From: Eledone cirrhosa
Lineage: Eukaryota
Assembly (NCBI GenBank): GCA_964016885.1
Contig: OZ024742.1
Span: forward strand, 222,456,001 to 222,520,000
Length of the DNA: 64,000 nt
Direction of reading: 5' to 3'
Part shown: piece by piece, positions 50,848 to 63,392 of the stretch
Position numbering within the stretch: position 1 is the stretch's first letter
Layout of the letters: each line of letters starts with the position of its first letter
Position numbers and translations under genes: made by a program
Notes under the pieces: model-generated
Databases searched by the model: none
Told to the model about the DNA's origin: nothing
Seen by the model: the letters and a program-made list of their open reading frames with translations, nothing else

Positions 50848-51885
50848 TCCAGCCCACACTGTAAAGTGGTCATGATGGCAACACAACCAAAAGCACCCAG
50901 TCCACACTATAAAGTGGTCATGATGGCAGCACAACCAAAAGCACCCAGCCCACACTGTAAAGTGGTCATGATGGCAACACAACCAAAAGCACCTAGTCCA
51001 TACTGTAAAGTGGTCATGATGGCAGCACAACCAAAAGCACCCAGTCCATACTGTAAAGTGGTCATGATAGCAACACAACCAAAAGCACCCAGTCCACACT
51101 GTAAAGTGGTCATGATGGCAACACAACCAAAAGCACCCAGTCCATACTGTAAAGTGGTCACGATGGCAGCACAACCAAAAGCACCCAGTCCATACTGTAA
51201 AGTGGTCATGATGGCAACACAACCAAAAGCACCCAGTCCATACTGTAAAGTGGTCATGATGGCAACACAACCAAAAGCACCCAGTCCACACTGTAAAGTG
51301 GTCATGATGGCAACACAACCAAAAGCACCCAGTCCACACTGTAAAGTGGTCATGATGGCAACACAACCAAAAGCACCCAGTCCATACTGTAAAGTGGTCA
51401 TGATAGCAACACAACCAAAAGCACCCAGTCCATACTGTAAAGTGGTCGTGATGGCAAAACAACCAAAAGCAACCAGTCCATACTGTAAAGTGGTCATGAT
51501 AGCAACACAACCAAAAGCACCCAGTCCATACTGTAAAGTGGTCATGATGGCAACACAACCAAAAGCACCCAGTCCATACTGTAAAGTGGTCATGATGGCA
51601 ACACAACCAAAAGCACCCAGTCCATACTGTAAAGTGGTCATGATGGCAACACAACCAAAAGCACCCAGTCCATACTGTAAAGTGGTCATGATGGCAACAC
51701 AACCAAAAGCACCCAGTGCATACTGTAAAGTGGTCATGATGGCAACACAACCAAAAGCACCCAGTCCATACTGTAAAGTGGTCATGATGGCAACACAACC
51801 AAAAGCACCCAGTCCATACTGTAAAGTGGTCGTGTATGTGTCACGGAAAAAAGCATCCAATCCACACTAAAGTTGTCATGTAAAT
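50848..51885 (+). repeat. 48-bp tandem array, left block (~21 units)
   Basis: Unit cagtccatactgtaaagtggtcatgatggcaacacaaccaaaagcacc; 16-aa periodicity in the ORF track. Confidence 0.97.
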
Positions 51886-52790
51886 CAGTGCTACTCAAAG
51901 TGGTGGTCCACGGACCAGTGCCGGTACGCGAGCCATCAGCTACGGGTACGCGGCCAGTGTCCAGGCAATGCTAAGGAATGATTTGAGGAATTGGTAAAAT
52001 CTAAGGAATTTCAAGGAAATTTTAGGCTGTGACTGCTAGTTTCAGTAATTTGTCCTTATGCAATGAAAACTGGGGGTGAAAATTATATGACAATAATAGG
52101 TAAATTAACCTGATAGTGAAAATATAAGTTGATAATATATCATAGTTTTCTATGAAGAAAGAAAGTCAAATAACAGAAAATGGACCGTGCAGCATCAGTT
52201 TCGGTGACTAAACGACCTACTGCGGTAAGTAAACAACTTATCAGTTGCCCGGTGGTGACGCGTGGTACTTACCGTCTGTGGTAGAGATTATGTAAGTAAA
52301 TGTAGTATATTTGTGATATTGTAATGCTGCCGAATGATACTTTAGACTCCCTTCAAAACCATGCTCCCTTTACTTCGGCCCGTATCCTCAAATAAATTAT
52401 TTCTTCCCTTAATGTAACTGTTTTCTCATGCTTAAAATAGCCTGATTAATTCTTAACAGTAAAAAAACAGTAAAATAGACTGATTAATTCTTAACACTAA
52501 AAAAAGAAGAAGCAGGCTCATCTTTCACACTAGTAAAGATTAAGGTTATATAATTTTTTATTTTTGTGTTAATAAACTGCTTGTTATTTTTTTTATTACT
52601 TTTTTATATGTTTTGATATTGTATTATTTGTTTACAAAATAAATAGAAGATAAAAAAATGGTCAACTTTTATTATATTCATTATATATATCGTTTCCGGT
52701 ATAAATTAATATTACTACGAAATATTAGCGGTACGTGGCACATTGAAAAAAAATGCCGGTCCACCACATCAGATAGTTTGAGAAGCACTG
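51886..52790 (+). mobile_element. Non-autonomous Buster/Charlie hAT element (905 bp)
   Basis: TIRs cagtgctactcaaa / tttgagaagcactg; 8-bp TSD atgTAaat / atgTAgat; retains transposase C-terminus KKKQAHLSH* at ~52504-52533. Confidence 0.92.
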
Positions 52791-53365
52791 ATGTAGATGA
52801 CATGACAAATATCATCCAGTCCACACTGTAAAGTAGTCATGTAGATGTCACGACAAATAGCATCCAGTCCACACTGTAAAGTAGTCATGTAGGTGTCACG
52901 GCAAATAGCATCCAGTCCACACTGTAAAGTAGTCATGTAGGTGTCACGGCAAATAGCATCCAGTCCACACTGTAAAGTGGTCATGTAGGTGTCACGGCAA
53001 ATAGCTTCCAGTCCACACTGTAAAGTAGTCATGTAGGCATCACGGCAAATAGCATCCAGGCCACACTGTAAAGTGGTCATGTAGGTGACACGGCAAATAG
53101 CTTCCAGTTCACACTGTAAAGTAGTCATGTAGGCATCACAACAAAAAGCACCCAGTACTCACTGCAAATGAGGTTGGCACTAGGAAGGGCATCCAGTCAT
53201 AGCAACCAAGCCAAAATCGGTTCTGTATGAGCATGATATGGTCACCTGACCCGGCATTGCTCACAGCAGGATAACTCATCTAGCCCATGCCAGCGTGAAA
53301 ATAAGGACGTTAAATGGCGATGGTGCGGCGGCGGTGACGACGATGATAATGATGATGATGATGAT
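52791..53365 (+). repeat. 48-bp array, right block (~7 units), running into an RTE/SINE 3' end with (GAT)n tail
   Basis: Unit catccagtccacactgtaaagtagtcatgtaggtgtcacggcaaatag; followed by aggaagggcatccag...cccatgccagcgtg...ggacgttaaat...(gat)n. Confidence 0.92.
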
Positions 53366-55039
53366 GCAGTGTTTTATTAGAAATACGGTAAAAAAAAAGG
53401 TTGATATAGAAGTAATCAACCTGCTCTACATATTGTTTGATATCACAGTACTTCAGTAGAAATTCTTTACACATATTTAACTACTTAGTGTCAATGTACA
53501 GCCTTGTCTTAATATACATGTGTTGTTTCACATATATGGCAAAGATATATAGACATTTGTTCTCTGCACCAACTGTACAAACTTGGTAAGGCAGACAGAC
53601 AGTGTTGGTGTAAAGAAGAAGAAAATTCCTGACATTTACAAAATTGCACATCATCAGCTTTTTCTTATAGCAAATAATGCAACAACCACAATCATTGTTG
53701 CTGTTAATGTTCTATAACTATCTCAAATTTGGCTACATTCTTTTGAACATATCATATATATATATCGGCCTTGCATGCACACCAACTTACAAACACACAC
53801 AAATTATTATGTGTAACCCTTTTGATACCATTCAAAGCTGTTTGTTTCAAAGTGTTTATATTTATCTACAAATTTCCATCATAATAATTTTATGTAAGAA
53901 TCTTTCTTAACCCTTTCCTTACTATATCCAATGAAAATCATGTTTTGAAAATAATCAATAATTTGGAGGGATATAGTAAAATGAATAACTTTTGACCAAT
54001 TCACTGACCATTCAAGCTGTCATATTTCCTAAAATATTCATCCAAATTTTACAAATGAGGAATCAAAATGTTTCTATTTGGATGCTTTCCAAGAAAAAGT
54101 ATAGTAGAAGTTAGATTTTAATATTTTCAAAAATTCATAGTGATACCTACTTGTATGATTTAGCAGAAAATATTTTAAAACAGGTCTGTTAATTCAAATG
54201 TTTACAGTATCTTTACTACTGGACAGATTGTTGTGAAAATATATAAGTATTAAAGTAAAGACTATAAATTTTAATTGTTTCTACTGTTGGCACAAGGCCA
54301 GCAATTATTCCAGTGCATTACTGGTACTTTATTTTATCGACCCCGATAAAATGCAAAGTTAACCTCGGCGGGATTTGAACTCAGTCCATAAAGGGACGTA
54401 ACTATGCTGGAAAGCATGGCGTCCGACCCTCTACTGATAGTGCTGTTTTCTGCTTTTGAAGAATTTCTTGCAAATGGGATTTCATATTGTTTGTTAATTC
54501 AAATGTTTATAATATCTTTACTGGTGGACAGATTGTTGTGGAAATTTACAGTATTATAGTAAAGACTTCAGTTTTTAATGTTATGCAATCATACTGTTAT
54601 TTTGCACTTTTCAATAATTTCTTTCTAATGTGGTTTCTTGTGGTACTAGAGTTGAGTGAAAGTGTGAGTGAGAGTGCAATAAAGAAGTGGAGTAATCCAG
54701 TGTATGTGAGAGTGCAATTAGAGGGGGGGGGCATGAGTGAAGATATGAGTGTAAGTGCAATAAAGTGGGGGTGAATATATGAATGGATTACACAAGGGAA
54801 AATGGGATGAGTGACAACAAATATTAGAATATTTAACCCTTTTGATACCAAACTGCCTGAAACCAGCCCTGGTTCTACAATAGAAGCTTTGTTAAGTTAT
54901 CAGAAAGTTAATTACATTTCTAAATTCCTCCAAATTCTTTTTTTTTTTTTTTTTAGTTATTTGAAAATCATAGGCAGTGCAGTGAATCATAGGCAGTGCA
55001 ATGAAAGAGTTAAAAGGGATATGTAACAAAAATAGCAAT

Positions 55040-55457
55040 ATATGGGCATGGATACATTAAAGCTCCAACGTCAGGCAACTGACTTGGTAAACGCCTACAA
55101 AATTATTAACCATCTTGCCAACAACAACCCTAAGCACCTTTTTGAATTCCATATGTCTAACACATGTGCGCATGCCTATAAAGTCAGAAAACAGCACAAC
55201 TCTCATGACTTTCGGAAATATGTTTTGCACGCTCAGAGTTGCTGAAGCATGGAACAAGCTATCTACATCCTTTAAAACTTCCATGCTTCCCGAAATTCTC
55301 CGCCACTACACCTGATATTCCTCCTCCATACACACGCACGCATAAATCTGTGTGTATATCATGACTCATACACTGTTCATTTTCCTGACATTTGTACATA
55401 ATTCTATGTACTATACATACACCTTTGATCAGTTGTTGTGCACCTGAGCACTGTACA
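55040..55457 (+). mobile_element. CR1-clade LINE 3' fragment
   Basis: MDTLKLQR..TDLVNAYKIINHL...LFEF..SNT.AHAYKV......RK / TLRVAEAWNKL; 3' end split by a SINE and resuming at ~55793. Confidence 0.85.
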
Positions 55458-55792
55458 CATCATCATCATTTTACGTCCGCTTTTTCCCTGCTTGCAAGGG
55501 TGGGACAGGAACTGATTTTGGCTTGATTTCTACAGCTGGATGCCCTTCTTAACACCAACCTCATTTACAGTGAGTGCTGGGTGCTTTTTTGCCGTGGCAC
55601 CTCCACGACCACTTTGCAGTGGAATGATATGGACCCCAGTCCCTATCATCTCATTTCTACAGCTGAGTAAACTGGAGCAATGTGAAATAAAGTGTCTTGC
55701 TCAAGGAAACAACATATCACCCGGTCTGAGAATTGAACTCACAACCTTTCGATTGCAAGCCCAATGCTCTAACCACTAGGCCATGTGCCTCC
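55458..55792 (-). mobile_element. Young tRNA/CORE-like SINE with RTE tail
   Basis: Reverse complement of the 20771/23959 family. Confidence 0.92.
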
Positions 55793-56027
55793 ATAATTTT
55801 CATTATATATATATATATAGAGAGAGAGAGATATTCAACATCTAAAAGCAAAATTTACTGTAACATAGAGTAAAACAGCTGTTATGTATATATATATATA
55901 TTGATTTTTTTCACCAAGGTCTCTGCTATTTACAGTTAGTCTCTGTTTTCCTTCAACAATATTTCTGGAAGATTCTGTTATATAACACTTCCTTACTTAC
56001 TCCTAAAGACTTTTAGTTCTTTTCTTC

Positions 56028-56250
56028 TTTTACTGGTTGTCAGCCATTTGACTGCGGCCATGCTGGAACACTGCCTTGAAGTAATTTAGTCATTCATATC
56101 AACCTCAGTACTCTTTTACTGGTTATCAGTCATTTCACTGCAGCCATGCTGGAGCATTGCCTTGAAGTGATTTAGTCAATCATGTCAACCTCAGTATTCT
56201 TTTACTGGTTGTCAGTCATTTGACTGCGGCCATGCTGGACCATGTCTTGA
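56028..56250. repeat. Three ~86-bp tandem copies of a SINE-like 3' segment
   Basis: ttttactggttgtcag.catttgactgcggccatgctgga..a.tgccttgaa x3. Confidence 0.8.
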
Positions 56251-58504
56251 ATGGAGAATTTATTTTAAATTGCTTTAGTCATCTCATCTGGCAAGAATCT
56301 ATTGTATGTGTAATTCAAATGGCCAGCCTTGTCACATACTATGTCACACTGAATCTCCCTGAGAACTACGTTGAGGGTACACATGTCTGTGGAATGATAA
56401 GCCACTTTCACTTTAATTTCACAAGCAGGTGGTTACACTGATCAAACAATTAGAACACTGGTCATTAGAACCAATGGAGGTCCAACAACAGTACCCTCTC
56501 CCAGTGTAACGGTATATGACCCAGAAGTTAGGGTGTTGTACATGTAATCATAAGGTCATAAGTTTGATTCCTGGACCAAGCAATGCATTATGTTCTTTAA
56601 AAAAGTACTTCATTTCACATTGCTTTTCATGATAGAATCAGGGCCCCTATCAGTAAAACATCTAAGAAACCTCCTATTAGATACAATCTTGTAGGAGGCC
56701 AGTTAAACCTACATAAGTGTGAGCTGTAATATGATAAAACATCCAAGAAACCAACTAAATACCTAAAAAAAGGGCCAGTTATACCTACACAGATGTGAGC
56801 TGTAAATATATTTTCATTTTTTTTTTAAGACTGGTACATATTTTATCGATACTTTTTCTTTTTCACTAAGTTACGGGACATAAACAAACAATAAATATAA
56901 ACACACACAGATATATATATATGAATAAAACATTACTAATTAAAGACTAGTATGACCATTATGCAACTTAACCCTTAAGCATTTAAACTAGCCATAACTA
57001 GCCACTCATACTCATGTTAAGGTATTGTTCTCAAAATAGATAATATCAAAATCTTATAGATTCAATGTTATGTGAGGTAAAGCCTTTACCACAAAAATAC
57101 AATAGTAAATATAGAGTAATGGAAATGGATTTTATACATGTAAACCTGACAGTCAAATTTAAACTGCTTCCTCGAAATGGTTTAAGCTTGATCATAGAGC
57201 TTAATTAATTTAGAAAATAATTTTTTTTTAGATGTAGAGATATAGAAAAATAACTAGCTTATTTAGTTAGCTAATATTTGGAACATTACTTAAACATTTC
57301 TGATATAAAATTATGGTGTGAGATTTTCATATAAATGATAAAAACTTTAAAGTGGGCAGTTTTGTGTCTTAAAACCTGGGGCAGTTTCAGGTAGGCTGGT
57401 AAAAAAAAAAGTTATGCTACTGATTGAATCATGACTTAAATGCTTTTACATGATGAAAGTTTTGTAGATATATATAAACACTTTAACCCTTTAGCATTAT
57501 CCGGCCAGAATTCTCTCACCTCTTTCTGTTTAAACCGGCCGTAACTGGCCATTCATACCGACGTTATGGTATTGTTCTCAAAATAAATAATATCAAAATA
57601 TCATAGATTCGATATTATGCTAGATAATTATGTGCGGTAAAGCCTTTACTGTGGAAATACGATAGTAAATATAGAATAATGTATATGCTAACAGGTTGAA
57701 ACAATGACCTACATGATAGGACTAAGGATCAGGCAGTTTGGTATCAAAAGAGTTAAATAGAAGTGAAAGTTTGCTAGCTTAGTTACCTTCTTTGGTGGAT
57801 TGACAGGGTTAAGTTATATATAACTACTTTTTGACACTTTTATCATAGAAGACATAAATTATCTGTTGTAAAAAGAGAAGTAGGTTAATGTGTAGTGCTG
57901 CTGTTGTTGTTGCTTAGCTCTAGGTAATCCTTGTTCAGAAGATTTATCATCTAAAGTATTCCAGGAATGACCATTCCATCTTTTCTAATATCCTAGGTAC
58001 ACTATGAATTCGTTCATAGTGTATCTAGGACTACATATTCTCATGTGTTTGTTTTTTTTGTTTTTTTTAATTTATTAGACAGTAAGGTGTAGCTTGAGAA
58101 AGATTTGGTTGCTATTTCTAGCAGGCTAAGTTATTATATAAAGGCTTCTTTGTTGGTTTTTGGTGTGTATGTGTTGGGGAAGGTTTAGGAAAAAGGTAAA
58201 GAAAATATGTGGCTTAGGGGTTAGAGAATTGGATTCACAATCGTAACATTGCAAGTTCTATTCCTGGATCAGACAATGCTTTATGTCCTTGAGCAAGACA
58301 CTTTATTTCATGCTGCTCATTCTGCTTGGAGTTGTGACTGGTAGATAGTATTAGCAATGGAAAGCCCAATAGAAATATTGTTTTCTTGGTCCGATTTAAC
58401 GAGTTCCACCCAACTCGGTAAGCAAATTGAGGTCTGGAAACTTGTTGATCAATTTCAAAGGAAATGTTATGGGTTGTGTGGTAAGAGAAGTCTGTAAAAA
58501 AAGA

Positions 58505-60995
58505 TGGGATACACCATATTTCTTTCTGTATATTGAGATACACCATATTTCTTTGTATATACTGGGATACACCATATTTCTTTGTATATACTGGGATACA
58601 CCATATTTCTTTCTGTATATACAGGGATACACCATATTTCTTTGTATATACTGGGATACACCATATTTCTTTGTATATACTGGGATACACCATGTCTCTG
58701 TATATACTGGGATACACCATATGTCTCTGTATATACTGGGATACACCATATGTCTCTGTATATACTGGGATACACCATATGTCTCTGTATATACTGGGAT
58801 ACACCATATTTCTTTGTATATACTGGAATACACCATATTTCTTTATATATACTGGGATACACCATATTTCTTTGTATATACTGGGATACACCATGTCTCT
58901 GTATATACTGGGATACACCATATGTCTCTGTATATACTGGGATACACCATATTTCTTTGTATATACTGGAATACACCATATTTCTTTATATATACTGGGA
59001 TACACCATATTTCTTTGTACATACTGGGATATATCATATTTCTTTGTATATACTGGGGTACACCATATGTCTCTGTATAAACTGGGATACACCATATTTC
59101 TTTGTATAAACTGGGATACACCATATTTCTTTGTATATACTGGGATACACCATATTTCTTTGTACATACTGGGATATATCATATTTCTTTGTATATACTG
59201 GGGTACACCATATGTCTCCGTATATACTGGGATACACCATATTTCTTTGTATATACTGGGATACACCATATTTCTCTGTGTATACTGGGATACACCATAT
59301 TTCTTTGTGTATACAGGGATACACCATATTTCTTTGTATATACTGGGATACACCATATTTCTTTGTATATACTGGGATACACCATATTTCTTTGTATATA
59401 CTGGGATACACCATGTCTCTGTATATACTGGGATACACCATATGTCTCTGTATATACTGGGATACACCATATGTCTCTGTATATACTGGGATACACCATA
59501 TGTCTCTGTATATACTGGGATACACCATATTTCTTTGTATATACTGGAATACACCATATTTCTTTATATATACTGGGATACACCATATTTCTTTGTATAT
59601 ACTGGGATACACCATGTCTCTGTATATACTGGGATACACCATATGTCTCTGTATATACTGGGATACACCATATTTCTTTGTATATACTGGAATACACCAT
59701 ATTTCTTTATATATACTGGGATACACCATATTTCTTTGTACATACTGGGATATATCATATTTCTTTGTATATACTGGGGTACACCATATGTCTCTGTATA
59801 AACTGGGATACACCATATTTCTTTGTATAAACTGGGATACACCATATTTCTTTGTATATACTGGGATACACCATATTTCTTTGTACATACTGGGATATAT
59901 CATATTTCTTTGTATATACTGGGGTACACCATATGTCTCCGTATATACTGGGATACACCATATTTCTTTGTATATACTGGGATACACCATATTTCTCTGT
60001 GTATACTGGGATACACCATATTTCTTTGTGTATACAGGGATACACCATATTTCTTTGTATATACTGGGATACACCATATTTCTTTGTATATACTGGGATA
60101 CACCATATTTCTTTGTATATACTGGGATACACCATATTTCTTTGTATATACTGGGATACACCATATTTCTTTGTATATACTGGGATACACCATATTTCTT
60201 TGTATATACTGGGATACACCATATTTCTTTGTATATACAGGGATACACCATGTCTCTGTATATACTGGGATACACCATATGTCTCTGTATATACTGGGAT
60301 ACACCATATGTCTCTGTATATACTGGGATACACCATATGTCTCTGTATATACTGGGATACACCATATTTCTTTGTATATACTGGGATACACCATATTTCT
60401 TTATATATACTGGGATACACCATATTTCTTTGTATATACAGGGATACACCATATTTCTTTATATATACTGGGATACACCATATTTCTTTGTATATACAGG
60501 GATACACCATATTTCTTTGTATATACAGGGATACACCATATTTCTTTGTATATACAGGGATACACCATATTTCTCTGTATATACTGGGATACACCATATT
60601 TCTTTGTATATACTGGGATACACCATATTTCTTTGTATATACAGGGATACACCATATTTCTTTGTATATACTGGGATACACCATATTTCTCTGTATATAC
60701 TGGGATACACCATATTTATTTGTATATACTAGGATATATCATATTTCTTTGTATATACTGGGATACACCATATTTCTTTGTATATACAGGGATACACCAT
60801 ATTTCTTTGTATATACTGGGATACACCATATTTCTTTGTATATACTGGGATACACCATGTCTCTGTATATACTGGGATACACCATATTTCTTTGTATATA
60901 CTGGGATACACCATATTTCTCTGTATATACTGGGATACACCATATTTATTTGTATATACTAGGATATATCATATTTCTTTGTATATACTGGGATA
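58505..60995. repeat. 29-bp satellite (ctgggatacaccatatttctttgtatata), ~86 units, with higher-order structure
   Basis: Direct inspection; identical ORFs recur at a 721-bp offset. Confidence 0.98.
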
Positions 60996-61294
60996 TATTA
61001 ATAAACAAATTTACTGATTATCTAATAATTGGCCTTGCCTTATCAACCAATACTGATTAATCGGCCACCAATTATCTGTAATATAATTACGTTTTGTGAC
61101 ATGAAAACGCAAATGTTAATTAATTGTAAGAATATGTTATAATATTTCATAATTAATCACAATTATGAAGCATATGATGACAAGATTGGCTGATTTTACC
61201 ATAGAAAGTAACATATATGATCCTGCAAGAAATCTGCTATGTCTGATAATTGTGAAATGTTGATGTTTTTATTATGATTTATGAGTTCTTAGAT

Positions 61295-61732
61295 TTCTTC
61301 TCCTTCTTTGCCCATTTATTTCTGGAAGGGTTGTGGGGGTGGAATCCTCAAACACACCTTCCAGCGGGTCCTGTAATCCAGCCAAAACTCCAAGCAAGAC
61401 CAGCCGAGCTCATGGATGTTATCCAACCACCTTGCTCGGGTTCTACCCCTGGGTCTCCTACCAGTTGGTTTTGCCTGTAAAATCTGTCCAGTGATTCTTT
61501 CCTAAAACATTCTGTAATATCGGAGCTGTGATCTCTCAATTTGGAGAAGTAGCAGCTCTACCTGGAGTGACTCTCTGATCTCCGAGCTATGCACTTTATT
61601 GAATAATGTTACTTCAAAGAGCCTTCAGAGGAACTCCATTTCAGACGCTTGTATTCGCAATTGCATTCTTTCGGTCATTACCCAAGATTCATGACCATAG
61701 ATAATGGTTGGCATAAATACTGCATTGAATAT
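61295..61732 (-). mobile_element. RTE-clade LINE C-terminal fragment (Rex3/Expander-like, third RTE family)
   Basis: IFNAVFMPTIIYGHESWVMTERMQLRIQASEMEFL..SEIRESLQVE.LLL.IERSQLRY...PTGRRPRGR.RARWLD. Confidence 0.85.
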
Positions 61733-62665
61733 AGGGGGGGGGGGGGGGAGCTGAAAGTGTTACTGGTACTTTATTTTATTTGACCCCTTAAGGTTGAAAG
61801 GCAAACCTAACGTCTACAGGATTTGAACTCAGAACATAGAGACATAACTATATGCCACAAAGCATGTTGTCTGACGCTCTACTGATACAGCCATGCACTG
61901 CCTTTATATAATTATAATCCACCATCAATATCAATAATAATAATAATTGTTTCTACTATAGGCACAAGACCAGCAATTTTGGGGGAGGGGAAAGTCGATT
62001 AAATTGACTCCAGTATGTTACTGTTACTTTATTTTATCGACCCCGTAAGGATGAAAGGCAAAGTTAACCTCGGCGGGATTTGAACTCAGATCATAAAGGG
62101 ACGTAATTCTATGCTTCAAAGCATGGTGTCCGACCCTCTGTCCAATAATAATGGCCAATTATCAGAACCAATTACCAATTACCAATTACTTGTCAAAAAA
62201 AGCCGATAACAATTAATTGGCAAAATGGGTGATATTGGTGATACTGATTATCTACTGATTAATCAGTGCAACCCTAATGTATAATACAACTTGTGTATAT
62301 CACCTCTGTTTCTGAAGCTTAAAAAAAACAGCAATAAACTACATCCTTGTGTATAATACAACACCCTTCCTCTTCCCAACAATACAGCCATATCTATGTG
62401 AATATTTTTGTAAACTTGTATCATGTAATCCATCAAAATCTCAATGTCATATATATTTCACTACAACATTCAGTTTCTTATGACATTTTCTAAACAATTG
62501 TTATAAACACATATTTGCAATCTTACCATTTGAATTGAGTATTTTTAAATGCAGTAAAACTTGCTGAAAATATATATTTGTGTACAGTATGACTCCTCCC
62601 CTTTTATGCCTTTATTTTAGGTCTAATTTCTCATAGAATACATGAGAAAATATATATATATATAG

Positions 62666-63083
62666 TATGGAAAATGAGAAGTGGATATGTTTAAGAAGCC
62701 ATTACAATACAGGTAGGTTTAAAATACCAAGGCAACAACGTCGTCAGAAGGAAATTGAGAGAGGTGGGGTAGAATGCAAAAAGTGGGAGGAGTAGGGAAA
62801 ATAAAAGGACATGAATGGCTGATTGTTACCTTAGTAATTTATTAGTCCCAATATTTCGGACTTACCATCCATTATCAAGGGGGGTCCATAGAGGAAAACC
62901 TTGATCAATCTGAAATATTGGGACAAATAAATTACTAAAGTCATTCTTGTCCTTTAATTTTCCTCTCATTCTTTGCATTCTACTTCACCTCTCTCAATTC
63001 CCTTCCGATTTTGTTGCTTTTGTAACTCAAACCCACCTACATTGTAATAGCTTCCTAAATATACCCACTTTTCATATTTCATA
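62666..63083. mobile_element. Long inverted repeat (~200-bp arms, short spacer), putative Penelope-like inverted pseudo-LTR pair
   Basis: 62666-62880 is the diverged reverse complement of 62899-63083; (TA)n on the left flank; hammerhead core at the inner ends. Confidence 0.75.
62845..62884 (-). ncRNA. Minimal type-I hammerhead ribozyme motif, U3-A8 variant
   Basis: Minus strand: CCC-UUGAUAA-U-GGA-ugguaag-UCC-GAAA-UA-UU|GGG. Confidence 0.62.
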
Positions 63084-63178
63084 TGCCACAATGCTTCAAG
63101 CGAACTACAACACCCTCATATATACATATATTCAGCGAGGATCAGGAAAAAATGAAAACCTTTCTTAATTTATATATA

Positions 63179-63392
63179 CAGTGTGTTCATTTTTTACACG
63201 AAGATGTGTTAGTGAACTCAGCATGTAAAGCAAATTTGCGTAATTCAAGTCTAATTTTCTGATAAGTAAAAAGAATTAAAAACCATATGCATTATAGCGC
63301 GTTATTCATGCAAAGTGAATATTTAATAATATTTTTTCAAGAGGCATTAAAGCGAATTCGCGTATTTCAAGTTCACAAAAATGAACAGACTG
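63179..63392. mobile_element. 214-bp Tc1/mariner-type MITE
   Basis: TA|CAGTGTGTTCATTTTT ... AAAAATGAACAGACTG|TA: 16-bp TIR with one mismatch, TA TSD. Confidence 0.85.

Noticed and set aside
50737-51870. Cys/His/Trp-rich 353-aa ORF and overlapping 16-aa-repeat ORFs
   Set aside because: Translations of the 48-bp array derived from a non-coding LINE 3' UTR; no start or splice context
58235-61060. Many 150-530 aa ORFs and a CRISPR-sized (29 bp) repeat
   Set aside because: Monomers are contiguous with no unique spacers and no cas genes; the ORFs are translations of a stop-poor satellite in all frames
61010-62277. Possible hAT MITE with right end tcagtgcaacccta and ccgatta/ccaatta subterminal repeats
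   Set aside because: A matching left TIR and TSD could not be located; too degraded to delimit
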